Assembly: GCA_963761305.1 (NCBI GenBank)
Contig: CAVXGK010000001.1
Location: forward strand, 992,001 to 1,056,000
Reading direction: 5' to 3'
Source of the DNA: an uncultured Gemmatimonadaceae bacterium
Lineage (GTDB): Bacteria; Gemmatimonadota; Gemmatimonadetes; Gemmatimonadales; Gemmatimonadaceae
Length of the DNA: 64,000 nt
In this document: piece by piece, positions 29,201 to 37,588 of the stretch
Layout of the letters: every line of letters begins with the position of its first letter
Numbering within the stretch: the stretch's first letter is position 1
Notes under the pieces: model-generated
Database searches by the model: none
What the model was told of the DNA's origin: nothing
What the model saw: the letters and a program-made list of their open reading frames with translations, nothing else
Position numbers and translations under genes: made by a program

Positions 29201-29377
29201 GTCTTCCGACGACGCGCCGGGGAAATTCGTCTGGATGCGCACGGCCGGCGGCGTGATCTGCGGATACCGCGTCACCGGCAGCAGGTGAATCGCGAACAGG
29301 CCGAGCAGCGTGATGACGATCGAGATCACGGCGCCGAAGATCGGGCGCCGGATGAAGAAGTAGCGCGGCTCCGTCAT
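26219..29377 (-). CDS. RND efflux permease (HAE1, AcrB/MexB-like)
   Basis: True start MTEPRYFFIRRP at 29377 (ATGA overlap with the adaptor stop); GIVVDDAIVV, GLAAKNAILIVEFA and RLRPILMTS motifs. Confidence 0.95.
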   Translation of the reverse strand: MTEPRYFFIRRPIFGAVISIVITLLGLFAIHLLPVTRYPQITPPAVRIQTNFPGASSEDAAQAVAAPIEEQLAGLQGMLYYASSNASDGSTTINVTFDVSRNQDLAAVDVQNAEKLAEPQLPDAVRTNGITILKANTDILAVVALQSDDPRYDATYLANYMKVNVVDELKRVTGVGDATPFPARDFSMLLQLDPDKMAQLGLTVSDIAAAVREQNATNPAGRLGAEPSPPGTQLTLPITTIGRLQTPDEFNDIVIRARPDGSVIRLRDVGHASLGARSYDLEGRLNGVPTAFVLLYMRPGANALAVKEAVVDRLNEMQTGFPKGVHWALPFDTTPFVSASIHEVTITLVEAMILVTLVVFLFLQSWRATLIPMLAVPVSVIGTFLGLLAFGMSINVLTLFGLVLAIGIVVDDAIVVIENVERIMASEGLPPRLAADKAIRQVGSALVAIVLVLCSVFVPVAFIGGVTGELFKQFAMTIVIAVVLSGIVALTLTPALCALLLTESEVTHTTGFFGWFNRLFTRATNGYVGAVSSVIRRPPIWVAVFLIIVGLAGVFWRRIPTAFIPTEDKGYMALSVQLPDAASLQRTEATVASIEKILRAEPAVKNIVALVGLDLLTQSNATNGATVFLNVKPWDERSPHDALDSLAGRINRKLFGLPDANAFGFNLPEVPGLGITAGVEINLQNRNGQDIRTFAQHVNEFRQAVNQLPAAGALNTTFRAAVPQVYVTVDRTAAKARGINLTDLFATLQANLSSLYINDFNLQGKTYRVQALALPQFRQTPTDIGKLYVRGANNTMVPVSAVTTVSFRSAPTVVPRFNGFTSAQFTGTPKAGHSTGELLHQVDDLIANQFGSAGLGVSYSGQSFQERASSGDAALVFALGLVLVFLVLAAQYESWSVPFAVLFGVPFGVLGALLGIWVRHQPNDIYFQVGLITVVGLAAKNAILIVEFANELRAHGMSIRQAAVEAARERLRPILMTSFAFILGVLPLMLASGAGAVSRHSIGTGVFAGMLFATTVGIFFIPLFFRIIRGLAEGRSGAAEREPVAAPTTERA

Positions 29378-30513
29378 CGTGAGACTGCGGCTGATTTGGT
29401 GCTGTCGGCGAGCGGCATCGGTTTCACGACGCGTCCGGGCGCCACTTTCTGCGTCCCCTCGACGATCACGCGATCGCCGGCCGACAAGCCGGAGTCGATG
29501 ATCCAGAGCGAGCCGCTCCACGGTCCTGTCTGTACGTCGCGCGCGGTCACCGTGTCGCCAGTGCCGACGACGTACACGTACTGCCGACCCATTCCCTGCA
29601 TCACCGCACGCTGGGGCACGGCAAGCGCCGCGGCGCGAGTGAATCCCTCGAGCCGCACGCGCACGAACTGACCCGGCAACAGGCGGCGATCCGGATTGGC
29701 GAACGTGGCGCGGAACTCCTCCGTGCCGCTCGCCGAATCGAGCGACGGCGCGATGAAGTCGAGGCGACCGGTGCGCGGCAACAGCGAGCTGTCCGGCATC
29801 ACCACGCGCACGGCGAGGTTGCTTCCGGGACGAATCAACGCGCCGGCGCGCGGATCGCGCTCCCACGTCGCCAACTGTTGCGACGACGGATGAAAAGTCA
29901 CGTAGACCGGATCGAGCTCGTCGATCGTCGTCAGCAGGTCGCCCGCGCCCGTCACGCGCGCACCCAACTCCAACCGCGCTCGCCCGACCTGTCCGTTGAT
30001 CTCGGCGCGGATCACGCAGTCGTCGAGATCTTTCTTGGCGGCGTCGACCGCCGCCTGCGACGACTCGAGCTCCGAGCGCGCATTGTCCACGTCCTGCTGC
30101 GCCACGGCGTGCTTCGGGATGAGCGGTTCGAGTCGCGCGACGGTGCGCTTCGCGTTGTCGAGCCGCGCCAGCGCGCTCCGATACGCGGCGTCGTACTTCA
30201 CCGTATCGAGCTTGTAGAGGATTTGGCCCTTCGCGACGACGGCGCCTTCGGTGAACGCGCGTTCGACGATGATGCCCTCGACGCGCGAGCGAACCTCGAT
30301 GCGACGATAGGGCTGCACCTGCGCGCCCAGCTCGTACGGTTCGGCGATCGTCGCGGGAGAAACGGTGACGATGCTGACCTGCGGTGGGGGCGGCGCGGCC
30401 TGACCTTGCTGCTGTACGCCTGGACCGGCGGCCTTCGTGCAACCGCCGAGGAACACAAGACCGATGAGGATCGAAGCGAGCGTGCTCGCTCGCCGATTAT
30501 GCGCAATGATCAC
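29374..30513 (-). CDS. RND efflux periplasmic adaptor (membrane fusion protein, AcrA-like lipoprotein)
   Basis: Lipobox LGGC; EVRSRVEGII..F.EG..V.KGQ.LY; LLPGQFVRV; GLSAGDRVIVEG. Confidence 0.93.
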   Translation of the reverse strand: MIIAHNRRASTLASILIGLVFLGGCTKAAGPGVQQQGQAAPPPPQVSIVTVSPATIAEPYELGAQVQPYRRIEVRSRVEGIIVERAFTEGAVVAKGQILYKLDTVKYDAAYRSALARLDNAKRTVARLEPLIPKHAVAQQDVDNARSELESSQAAVDAAKKDLDDCVIRAEINGQVGRARLELGARVTGAGDLLTTIDELDPVYVTFHPSSQQLATWERDPRAGALIRPGSNLAVRVVMPDSSLLPRTGRLDFIAPSLDSASGTEEFRATFANPDRRLLPGQFVRVRLEGFTRAAALAVPQRAVMQGMGRQYVYVVGTGDTVTARDVQTGPWSGSLWIIDSGLSAGDRVIVEGTQKVAPGRVVKPMPLADSTKSAAVSR

Positions 30514-30607
30514 TGCACCAAGGGCTGGCGTCGGGGAGACCTACAGGGAGTACCTGTAAGATGAACCCCGACACCAGCCCAAGGGAGCGCGCTGGGACGA
30601 ACGGTTC

Positions 30608-32686
30608 CTACCAGATCCTGGCGCGGAGGTTGTCGGGCCGAACCATCGTGTCGCCTTCCTTACAGCCCCACGCGGCCTTGAACTCCGGCATGTTCGACAG
30701 CGGGCCGTCGACGCGCCATTTGCCCGGCGAATGCGCGTCGGTCTTGATCTGCTGAAGCACCGCTTCGTCGCGCGACAGGCCGCGCCAGATCTGCGCCCAC
30801 GCCAGGAAGAACCGCTGCTCCGGCGTAAACCCGTCGATCTTCGCGTGCGGCTTGCCGGCAATCGCCTTCTCCATCGCGTAGTACGCGACAGTCAGGCCGC
30901 CGAGATCGGCGATGTTCTCGCCGAGCGTCTGCCGGCCGTTCACGTGCGACGCGCTGTCGACGACTGTATATGCGTTGAACTGGTCGACGACGAGCTGCGC
31001 GGCGGCCTTGTACTTGGCCGCGTCCTCCGGCGTCCACCAGTCACGCAGATTGCCCTGCCCGTCGAACTGACGGCCCGAGTCGTCGAAGCCATGCGTCATC
31101 TCGTGGCCGATCACCGCGCCGAGGGCGCCGTAGTTCACGGCGTCGTCGGCGTTCGGATCGAAGAACGGCGGCTGGAGAATGCCTGCCGGGAACTGGATCT
31201 GGTTGAGCGTCGAGCTGTACGACGCGTTCACCGTCGGCGGCGTCATGCTCCACTCGGTGCGATCGGGCGCCTTCCCCAATCGCGCCCACGTACGCGCCGC
31301 GTTCCACTCGGCCACGGCGTGCTGGTTGGCGTAGAACGAGCCCGCGTTGACGGAGAGCGTCGAGTAGTCGCGCCACTTGTCGGGATACGCGACCTTGCGC
31401 ATGAAAGCGTTGAGCTTGGCGACGGCCTGCGTCTTCGTCTCGCTGCTCATCCAGTCGAGCCCGTTGATTCGGTCGCGCAGCGCCGAAACGAGGTTGTCGA
31501 CCATCTTGGCGGCGCGGGCCTTGGCTTCGGGAGAGAAGTTGCGCTTGATCCAGTCCTGGCCGACCGCTTCGCCGAGCGCGCCGTTGGTGCCGGTCGCGCA
31601 CTGCTTGCCGCGCCTTTCCTGTTGCTTGACGCCCGTGGTGACCTGTTGCCAACGGAACGCTTCGTTCCGGAACGGCGTGCTCAGTGAACCCATCGCGCCG
31701 CTCTCGACGTGCCAGCGGAGATACGCCTTCCAGTCGTCGACGGGCGTGGCCGCCACGAGCGAGTCGAGCGCTTTGAAGAAGCTCGGCGCGCGGACGTTCA
31801 CGTCGCCCGCGTAGCTCGCGCGGCGCTGCTGGAGGTAGCGCGCCCAGTTCAAGTGCGGCGTCGTCGTCTGGAAATCGGCCACGGACATCTTGTGGTACGT
31901 CGCGACCGGGTCGCGCATGTCGGCCTGCGGAATGGTGATCTTGGCGATCGCCGTCTCGAGGGCGAGGATCGAGTGCGCGTTCGCCGACGCCTGCGCCGAG
32001 CTCTCACCGAGGAGCGCCAGCGACCGCGTGACGTGCTCCTCGTAGTCCGCGCGGCGCTTCACCGCGCGATCGTTCGTGCCGAGGTAGTCGTCGCGGTTGA
32101 GCGACAACCCGCCCTGGTTCGCGGAAAGGATGATGATCTTGCTGTTTCGCGGATCGGTGCCTGGGCCAAGCGAGAAGGGCGCGATGCCCCCGCCGCCTCG
32201 TCCACCGCCACCACCTCCGCCGCGACCGCCCGCGGTGCCGAACAGCTTCACGATGTCGTCGGTCGTCTTCGCCGCCGCGACGGCGTCGAGCGTCGGCTTG
32301 ATCGGCTTGAACCCGGCCTTGTCGAGGGCGACGGTGTCCATGCAGGCGAGGTAGTACGTGCCGATCTTGTAGTCGTTCGATCCGGCTTTGGCTTCGCCGT
32401 CGTTGACCAGGTTCGCGTCATCGACGACGATCTTCTCGACGACCTCCTGATTCTTGTCGCCGAGCATGCCGAAACTGCCGAGGTTGGTTTTCGTCGGCGG
32501 GATGGTGTGAGTCTTGAGCCACGTGCCGTTGGCGAATTCATAGAAGTCGGTGCATGGCGCGCAGGTCGTGTCGAGATTGGCGCGGTCGAGCACGTGCGAC
32601 GCGCCGGGTTTCTGAGCGACGGCGACGGATGACGCGACGGCTGCGAGCAGGATCGCGCCAAGGTGAAGGCGGGAACGAACGAGCAT
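30608..32686 (-). CDS. M13 family zinc metallopeptidase (neprilysin/PepO-like), exported
   Basis: PCTDFYEFANG.W, VNASY, GHEMTHGFD (HExxH), GENIAD and HSPGKWRV; signal peptide. Confidence 0.95.
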   Translation of the reverse strand: MLVRSRLHLGAILLAAVASSVAVAQKPGASHVLDRANLDTTCAPCTDFYEFANGTWLKTHTIPPTKTNLGSFGMLGDKNQEVVEKIVVDDANLVNDGEAKAGSNDYKIGTYYLACMDTVALDKAGFKPIKPTLDAVAAAKTTDDIVKLFGTAGGRGGGGGGGRGGGGIAPFSLGPGTDPRNSKIIILSANQGGLSLNRDDYLGTNDRAVKRRADYEEHVTRSLALLGESSAQASANAHSILALETAIAKITIPQADMRDPVATYHKMSVADFQTTTPHLNWARYLQQRRASYAGDVNVRAPSFFKALDSLVAATPVDDWKAYLRWHVESGAMGSLSTPFRNEAFRWQQVTTGVKQQERRGKQCATGTNGALGEAVGQDWIKRNFSPEAKARAAKMVDNLVSALRDRINGLDWMSSETKTQAVAKLNAFMRKVAYPDKWRDYSTLSVNAGSFYANQHAVAEWNAARTWARLGKAPDRTEWSMTPPTVNASYSSTLNQIQFPAGILQPPFFDPNADDAVNYGALGAVIGHEMTHGFDDSGRQFDGQGNLRDWWTPEDAAKYKAAAQLVVDQFNAYTVVDSASHVNGRQTLGENIADLGGLTVAYYAMEKAIAGKPHAKIDGFTPEQRFFLAWAQIWRGLSRDEAVLQQIKTDAHSPGKWRVDGPLSNMPEFKAAWGCKEGDTMVRPDNLRARIW

Positions 32687-32879
32687 GGAGTCCTCGGGAA
32701 GGGCGGAACGAATCGATCTCTCTCTTTGAGCTTACGCGCCCGCACGCTCCGCTGCTGCGCGCCTCCCGGCGCCCTGCTTCGCCTTTGCGACCTGGATCCC
32801 GGGATCGCCCCGCTGCTGCGTCCCCGCGGCGCGCCAGGGCCGCCTCGACACCGGCGCGGCGAGCGACGCATCCTAGTAG

Positions 32880-34109
32880 ATGCCCGCGCCCCAGACATCG
32901 ACGGTCGCCGATCGAATCGCCGCGTACAACGCCGGCCGAAACCCGCGGCGGCTCGACCGAAAGTATCGCCTGATGCGCCTCGATCCGTTCATTTTCTATC
33001 GCGGCACGGCACACCTCTACTGGGAAGACTGGGGGCAGCGCGCGTCGCGATTGCCGAAGAGCCCCTCCACCTGGGCTTGCGGCGATCTTCACCTCGAGAA
33101 CTTCGGCAGCTACCTCGGCGACAACCGCCTCGTCTACTTCGATCTCAACGATTTCGACGAGGCGGCGCTCGCGCCGGCGACAGCCGACCTCACTCGTCTC
33201 TTGGCGAGCCTTCGGCTCGCCGCCGGCGCCCTGCACCTCGACGACCCCGAGGCTGCTGAGCTGAGCGAAGGGCTGCTCGTCGCGTACTGCGACGCGCTCG
33301 CGTCGGGGAAGGCACGCTGGGTCGAGCGGCCGACGGCACGCGGCATGGTGCGCGACCTTCTGCTGACCGCGCGCGAACGCGGGCCGACCTCGCTCCTAGA
33401 GCGCCGCACGATCGTCGAGGACGGCCGTCGCCGGCTGCGCATCGACGACGAACGCGCCGAAGCGCTGGCGCCGCGGGAGCGCGCGGCGGTGACGCAGCAT
33501 CTCGCCGAGTTCGTGGAGTCGATGGCCAAGACGCAGGACCAGGCGAAGTTCTACCGCCTCATCGACGTCGCCGCGCGCATCGCCGGCACGGGCAGTCTGG
33601 GTCTTCGCCGCTACGTGGCGCTCGTGCGTGGCCGCGGCGGAGAAGACGGCCGCGTGCTGCTCGACCTCAAACAGGTGCGTCCCTCCGTCATGGCGAAGTA
33701 CGTCGGCGTGCCGCAGCCGGCGTGGAAATCCGACGCGCACCGCGTGGTCGAGATCCAATGGCGGATGCAGGCCATCTCACCCGCGCTGCTCGCACCGGTG
33801 AGCTTCGGCAAGACCAACTACATCCTGCGCGAGCTTCAACCCACGGAGGACCGCCTCGCGCTCGCGCACTGGAATGGAAAACTCTCGCGGCTGCGAAAGG
33901 TGGTCGTGACGATGGGAGAGACGCTGGCGTGGGCGCAGCTGCGATCGGCCTCGCGGCAGGGCGCCGACGGCATCGACGCGCTCATCACGTTCGGCCGCGC
34001 GCACAACTGGCGCGAGTCGGTGCTCGAATACGCGAGGTTCTACGCCAACAGGACGGTCCGCTACTGGCGCGAATTCAAGCGCTCGAGCCTCGGCGCCGAG
34101 TCCGGTTGA
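32880..34109 (+). CDS. DUF2252 family protein (kinase-like fold)
   Basis: PFIFYRGTA, CGDLHLENFG, FDLNDFDEA and GTGSLGLRRY motifs. Confidence 0.88.
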   Translation: MPAPQTSTVADRIAAYNAGRNPRRLDRKYRLMRLDPFIFYRGTAHLYWEDWGQRASRLPKSPSTWACGDLHLENFGSYLGDNRLVYFDLNDFDEAALAPATADLTRLLASLRLAAGALHLDDPEAAELSEGLLVAYCDALASGKARWVERPTARGMVRDLLLTARERGPTSLLERRTIVEDGRRRLRIDDERAEALAPRERAAVTQHLAEFVESMAKTQDQAKFYRLIDVAARIAGTGSLGLRRYVALVRGRGGEDGRVLLDLKQVRPSVMAKYVGVPQPAWKSDAHRVVEIQWRMQAISPALLAPVSFGKTNYILRELQPTEDRLALAHWNGKLSRLRKVVVTMGETLAWAQLRSASRQGADGIDALITFGRAHNWRESVLEYARFYANRTVRYWREFKRSSLGAESG

Positions 34110-34136
34110 CGTCCTGGCGGGCCCTATTGGCTCTCA

Positions 34137-34170
34137 CATCTTGACGTTCAAGATGACGACGGGCTATCGT
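34137..34170 (+). promoter_or_regulatory. Candidate sigma70 promoter with overlapping palindromic PadR operator
   Basis: CATCTTGA-cgt-TCAAGATG inverted repeat (34137-34155) overlaps TTGACG (34141-34146); TATCGT at 34165-34170, 18-bp spacer. Confidence 0.6.
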
Positions 34171-34196
34171 GGAGGCACACGCCACCGGACGCGATC

Positions 34197-34535
34197 ATGG
34201 ATCAGCCGCCGAACACGGACGTCATCCAGGGCACGCTCGACCTGCTCATCCTGAAGACGCTGAGTCTCCAGCCGATGCACGGTTTCGGGATCGCGCGGCG
34301 CGTCGAGCAGATCTCGCGCGGCGTGTTCAAGGTGAATCCGGGTTCCTTGCTGGTCGCGCTGCAACGTCTCGAGCGACAGGGTTGGCTCGACACCGAGTGG
34401 CGGCAGACGGAGAACTCGCGACGCGCGAAGTTCTACGAGCTCACGCGCGCGGGCCGCAAACAGCTCGAGCTCGAGGCGGCGGATTGGCGCCGTCGCGCCA
34501 CCGCTGTCGCGCGTCTCCTCAACGCGGAGGGCTAG
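34197..34535 (+). CDS. PadR family transcriptional regulator (acidobacterial type)
   Basis: QGTLDLLILKTL..MHGFGI..GSL..ALQRLE..ENSRRAKFYELT..G. Confidence 0.93.
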   Translation: MDQPPNTDVIQGTLDLLILKTLSLQPMHGFGIARRVEQISRGVFKVNPGSLLVALQRLERQGWLDTEWRQTENSRRAKFYELTRAGRKQLELEAADWRRRATAVARLLNAEG

Positions 34536-34537
34536 CC

Positions 34538-37189
34538 ATGTCCCTCTGGCGACAACTGACCCGCGGACTGCGGGCGCTCGCGCACCGCCGGAAGACCGAC
34601 GCCGAGTTGAGCGACGAGGTGCGCGACTATCTCGACCGCGCCGCCGACGCGAACGTCGCGCGCGGCATGTCGCGCAGCGCCGCGTATCGCGCGGCGCGCG
34701 TCGAGGTGGGAAATCCGACCGTCGCGCGCGAGCGCGTGCGCGACGCCGGATGGGAACGCTCCGTCGAGACGTTGATGGCCGACCTGCGCTACGGCCTGCG
34801 GCGATTGCGCACGAACCCGGGCTTCACCGCCGTCAGCGCGATCACGCTCGCCCTCGGCATCGGCGCGACGACGGTCATCTTCAGCGCGATCAACCCGATC
34901 CTCTTCAAGTCGCTGCCGTATCCGAACGCCGAGCGCGTGCTCCTGGTGTCCGACGCGGCCAACAACGGCACGCCCGAGCCGATCACGTTCGGCACGTACC
35001 GCGAGATCTTGCTGCGCAACCACTCGTTCACCGCGCTCGCGCCGTTCAAGCCATGGCAACCAACGCTCGAAGGCGGCGCCGAACCGGAGCGACTCGTCGG
35101 GCAAGCCGTGGGCGCCGACTATTTCAAGACGCTCGGCGTGCTCCCGGTTCGTGGACGCGACTTCACCGCGGCGGACGATCGCGACGGCGGGCCGCGGCTC
35201 GCGATCATCAGCGACGCGCTCTGGCGTCGCCGGCTCGGCGCGGATCCGTCCATCGTCGGACGCACGGTCAGACTCGACGACGATCCGTATCTCGTGGTCG
35301 GCGTGATGCCGCCGAGGTTCGAGAACGTTCCGGACGCGAACGTCGAGATCTGGTGTCCGCTTCAATACAGAACGGCGTTCACGCCCGACTCGCGGGAGTG
35401 GGGACACCATTTGGCGCTCGTGGGAAGGGCGCGACCGGGCGTCGATCTCGCGGCGGCGCGGGCGGATCTCAGCGCCATCGCTCGCGCACCGCGAGCCGAC
35501 ATGCCACGGGTGCCGTGGGCGTCGCTCACGGCGGGGCTCCTCGTCACGTCGCTCCAGGACGGCGTCGCGCGCGACGTGCGGCCGGCGCTGCTCGCCGTGT
35601 TCGCGGCGGTGCTCGTGCTTCTCATCATCGCGTGCGTCAACGTGACGAATCTTCTCCTGGCCCGCGGCGCGCAACGGCGCGGCGAGTTCGCGCTGCGCGC
35701 CGCGCTCGGCGCCGAACGCTCGCGGCTGGTGCGACAGTTGATCACCGAGAGCATGATGCTGTCGCTCTTCGGCGGCGCGCTCGGCATGCTCGTGGCGGTC
35801 GTGGGATTGCGCGCGTTCGTCGCGTTGAGCCCCGTCGGGCTGCCTCGCCTGGCGACGATGCACGTCGACGCGACGGCGCTCCTGTTCGGCGTCGTCGTGA
35901 CGAGCGTCATCGGCCTCGTGGTCGGTGTGTTGCCGGCCATCCACGCGTCGCGCGAGGATCTGCACGCCGGGATTCAGGAGACGTCGCGTCGTTCCGTCGG
36001 TGATCACCACGTGACACGTCGAGTGCTCGTCGTGGCCGAGGTGGCGCTGTCGCTCGTGCTGCTCGTGAGCGCGGGGCTGCTGCTGCGAAGTCTCGAGCGC
36101 GTGTTCGCGGTGAACGTCGGCTTCGATGCGTCCCACATCGTCACGATGCAGGTGCAGCTCACCGGCCATCGATTCGACGACGACGCGGCCAGAATGCGGT
36201 TCCTCGACGATGCGCTCGCCGCCGTTCGCCGCGTGCCCGGCGTGAGCGCCGCGGGCTTCACGCAACAGCTGCCGCTGAGCGGCGACATGGACGTCTACGG
36301 TGTGCATCTCGAACGCACCGCCGACCCCAAGGATGACGGCGCTGCTCTTCGCTACGGCGTGACGCCAGACTATTTCGCGACGATGCGCATTCCGCTCGTG
36401 CGCGGCCGCTTGCTCGACGCGCACGATATTGCCGGAGCGCCGCGCGCGGTGGTGATCAACGAGAGCTTCGCGCGCGCGGAGTTCGGCAAGGACGACCCCA
36501 TCGGGCAGCGCATGCAGATCGGCCCGAAGGAAGGTCAGCCTTATACGATCGTCGGTATCGTGGGGGACGTGAAGCAGCAGATCGACGCGCTCGACAATCG
36601 CTACGCCGTGTACACGACGCCGTCGCAGTGGCATTGGGTGGACAACCTCGTGTCGCTCGTCGTGCGCACGCAAAGTACGAACGACGCGGCGACGCTGGCG
36701 ACCTCGGTGCGCGGCGCGATCTGGTCTGTTGATGGGAATCAGGCGGTCGCGCGCGTAGCCACCATGTCGGCGCTCGTGTCGACGGCCACCGCGGGACGCC
36801 GGTTCGCGCTCGTGCTGTTCGAGGTGTTCGGCGTCGCCGCGCTCGTGCTGGCGGCGGTGGGGATCTATGGCGTGCTCTCCGGCAGCGTGACCGAACGCAT
36901 TCGCGAGATCGGCGTGCGGGCCGCGATGGGCGCGTCGCCGCGCGACATCGTCTCGCTCATCGTCGGCCAAGGTCTGCGGTTGACGTTGGTCGGTGTCGCG
37001 ATCGGATTAGCCGGAGCCGCGGTGGCGACGCGGGGACTCGTCACGATGTTGTTCGGTGTCACCCGCCTCGATCCGGCGACATACGGCGCCGTCATTGTCT
37101 TGCTGGTCGCGGTCTCGGCAGTCGCGTGCTCGGTGCCCGCGTGGCGAGCCGCCCGCATCGATCCGTCGATCACACTCCGCTCCGAGTAA
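34538..37189 (+). CDS. ADOP-type duplicated MacB/FtsX-like ABC permease
   Basis: ATG 34538; N-terminal prefix domain; DLRYGLRRL..PGFT..TLALGIGA; LIIACVNVTNLLLAR; REIGVRAAMGA. Confidence 0.92.
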   Translation: MSLWRQLTRGLRALAHRRKTDAELSDEVRDYLDRAADANVARGMSRSAAYRAARVEVGNPTVARERVRDAGWERSVETLMADLRYGLRRLRTNPGFTAVSAITLALGIGATTVIFSAINPILFKSLPYPNAERVLLVSDAANNGTPEPITFGTYREILLRNHSFTALAPFKPWQPTLEGGAEPERLVGQAVGADYFKTLGVLPVRGRDFTAADDRDGGPRLAIISDALWRRRLGADPSIVGRTVRLDDDPYLVVGVMPPRFENVPDANVEIWCPLQYRTAFTPDSREWGHHLALVGRARPGVDLAAARADLSAIARAPRADMPRVPWASLTAGLLVTSLQDGVARDVRPALLAVFAAVLVLLIIACVNVTNLLLARGAQRRGEFALRAALGAERSRLVRQLITESMMLSLFGGALGMLVAVVGLRAFVALSPVGLPRLATMHVDATALLFGVVVTSVIGLVVGVLPAIHASREDLHAGIQETSRRSVGDHHVTRRVLVVAEVALSLVLLVSAGLLLRSLERVFAVNVGFDASHIVTMQVQLTGHRFDDDAARMRFLDDALAAVRRVPGVSAAGFTQQLPLSGDMDVYGVHLERTADPKDDGAALRYGVTPDYFATMRIPLVRGRLLDAHDIAGAPRAVVINESFARAEFGKDDPIGQRMQIGPKEGQPYTIVGIVGDVKQQIDALDNRYAVYTTPSQWHWVDNLVSLVVRTQSTNDAATLATSVRGAIWSVDGNQAVARVATMSALVSTATAGRRFALVLFEVFGVAALVLAAVGIYGVLSGSVTERIREIGVRAAMGASPRDIVSLIVGQGLRLTLVGVAIGLAGAAVATRGLVTMLFGVTRLDPATYGAVIVLLVAVSAVACSVPAWRAARIDPSITLRSE

Positions 37190-37207
37190 CTGCACCAAGA
37201 CTGTAGG

Positions 37208-37395
37208 AACTGCAACTGGTTCGACGCAGAGACGCAGAGGATGCAGAGAACTGCGAAGGGCCTTTTTGAGGAACGCCCTCGGGACGCCACTACGTAGCAG
37301 GCCCGAGGTCTTTCCCAAGAGTCTTTTGCCGTTGGCAGTTGGGTTTTCTCTGCGTCTCTGGGGTCTCTGCGCCTCTGCGTCGAGCAGTTCCAGTT
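37208..37395. repeat. Intergenic long-hairpin repeat, family copy 1
   Basis: TCGACGCAGAGACGCAGAG (37221-37239) pairs with CTCTGCGCCTCTGCGTCGA (37365-37383) with 1 mismatch; outer AACTG / CAGTT arms. Confidence 0.8.
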
Positions 37396-37588
37396 GCCAA
37401 TCGAAGAGCGCGGCACGCTCCTAAGGGAACCCGTATGAGTTCTCTCGGGCTGTTTGTGTCGCCGGCAACCTCCGCGCGAGTCGGCGTGTCCAACCGTCCA
37501 ATCTGAAACAAGAACGCGTCTCGCACGGTATGGCCGGTGTGAGTCTGGCGCGGTCCGCTGGCGACGCAACCCTCACTCGTCCCCTCAA

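Noticed and set aside
29378..30442. N-terminal 350-aa extension of the RND permease in the ORF track
   Set aside because: It overlaps the adaptor gene in another frame. The family N-terminus (FFIRRP) begins at ATG 29377.
24744..30513. RND tripartite efflux operon as a novel system
   Set aside because: Canonical adaptor-permease-outer-membrane-factor arrangement. The only oddity is the lack of an adjacent regulator.
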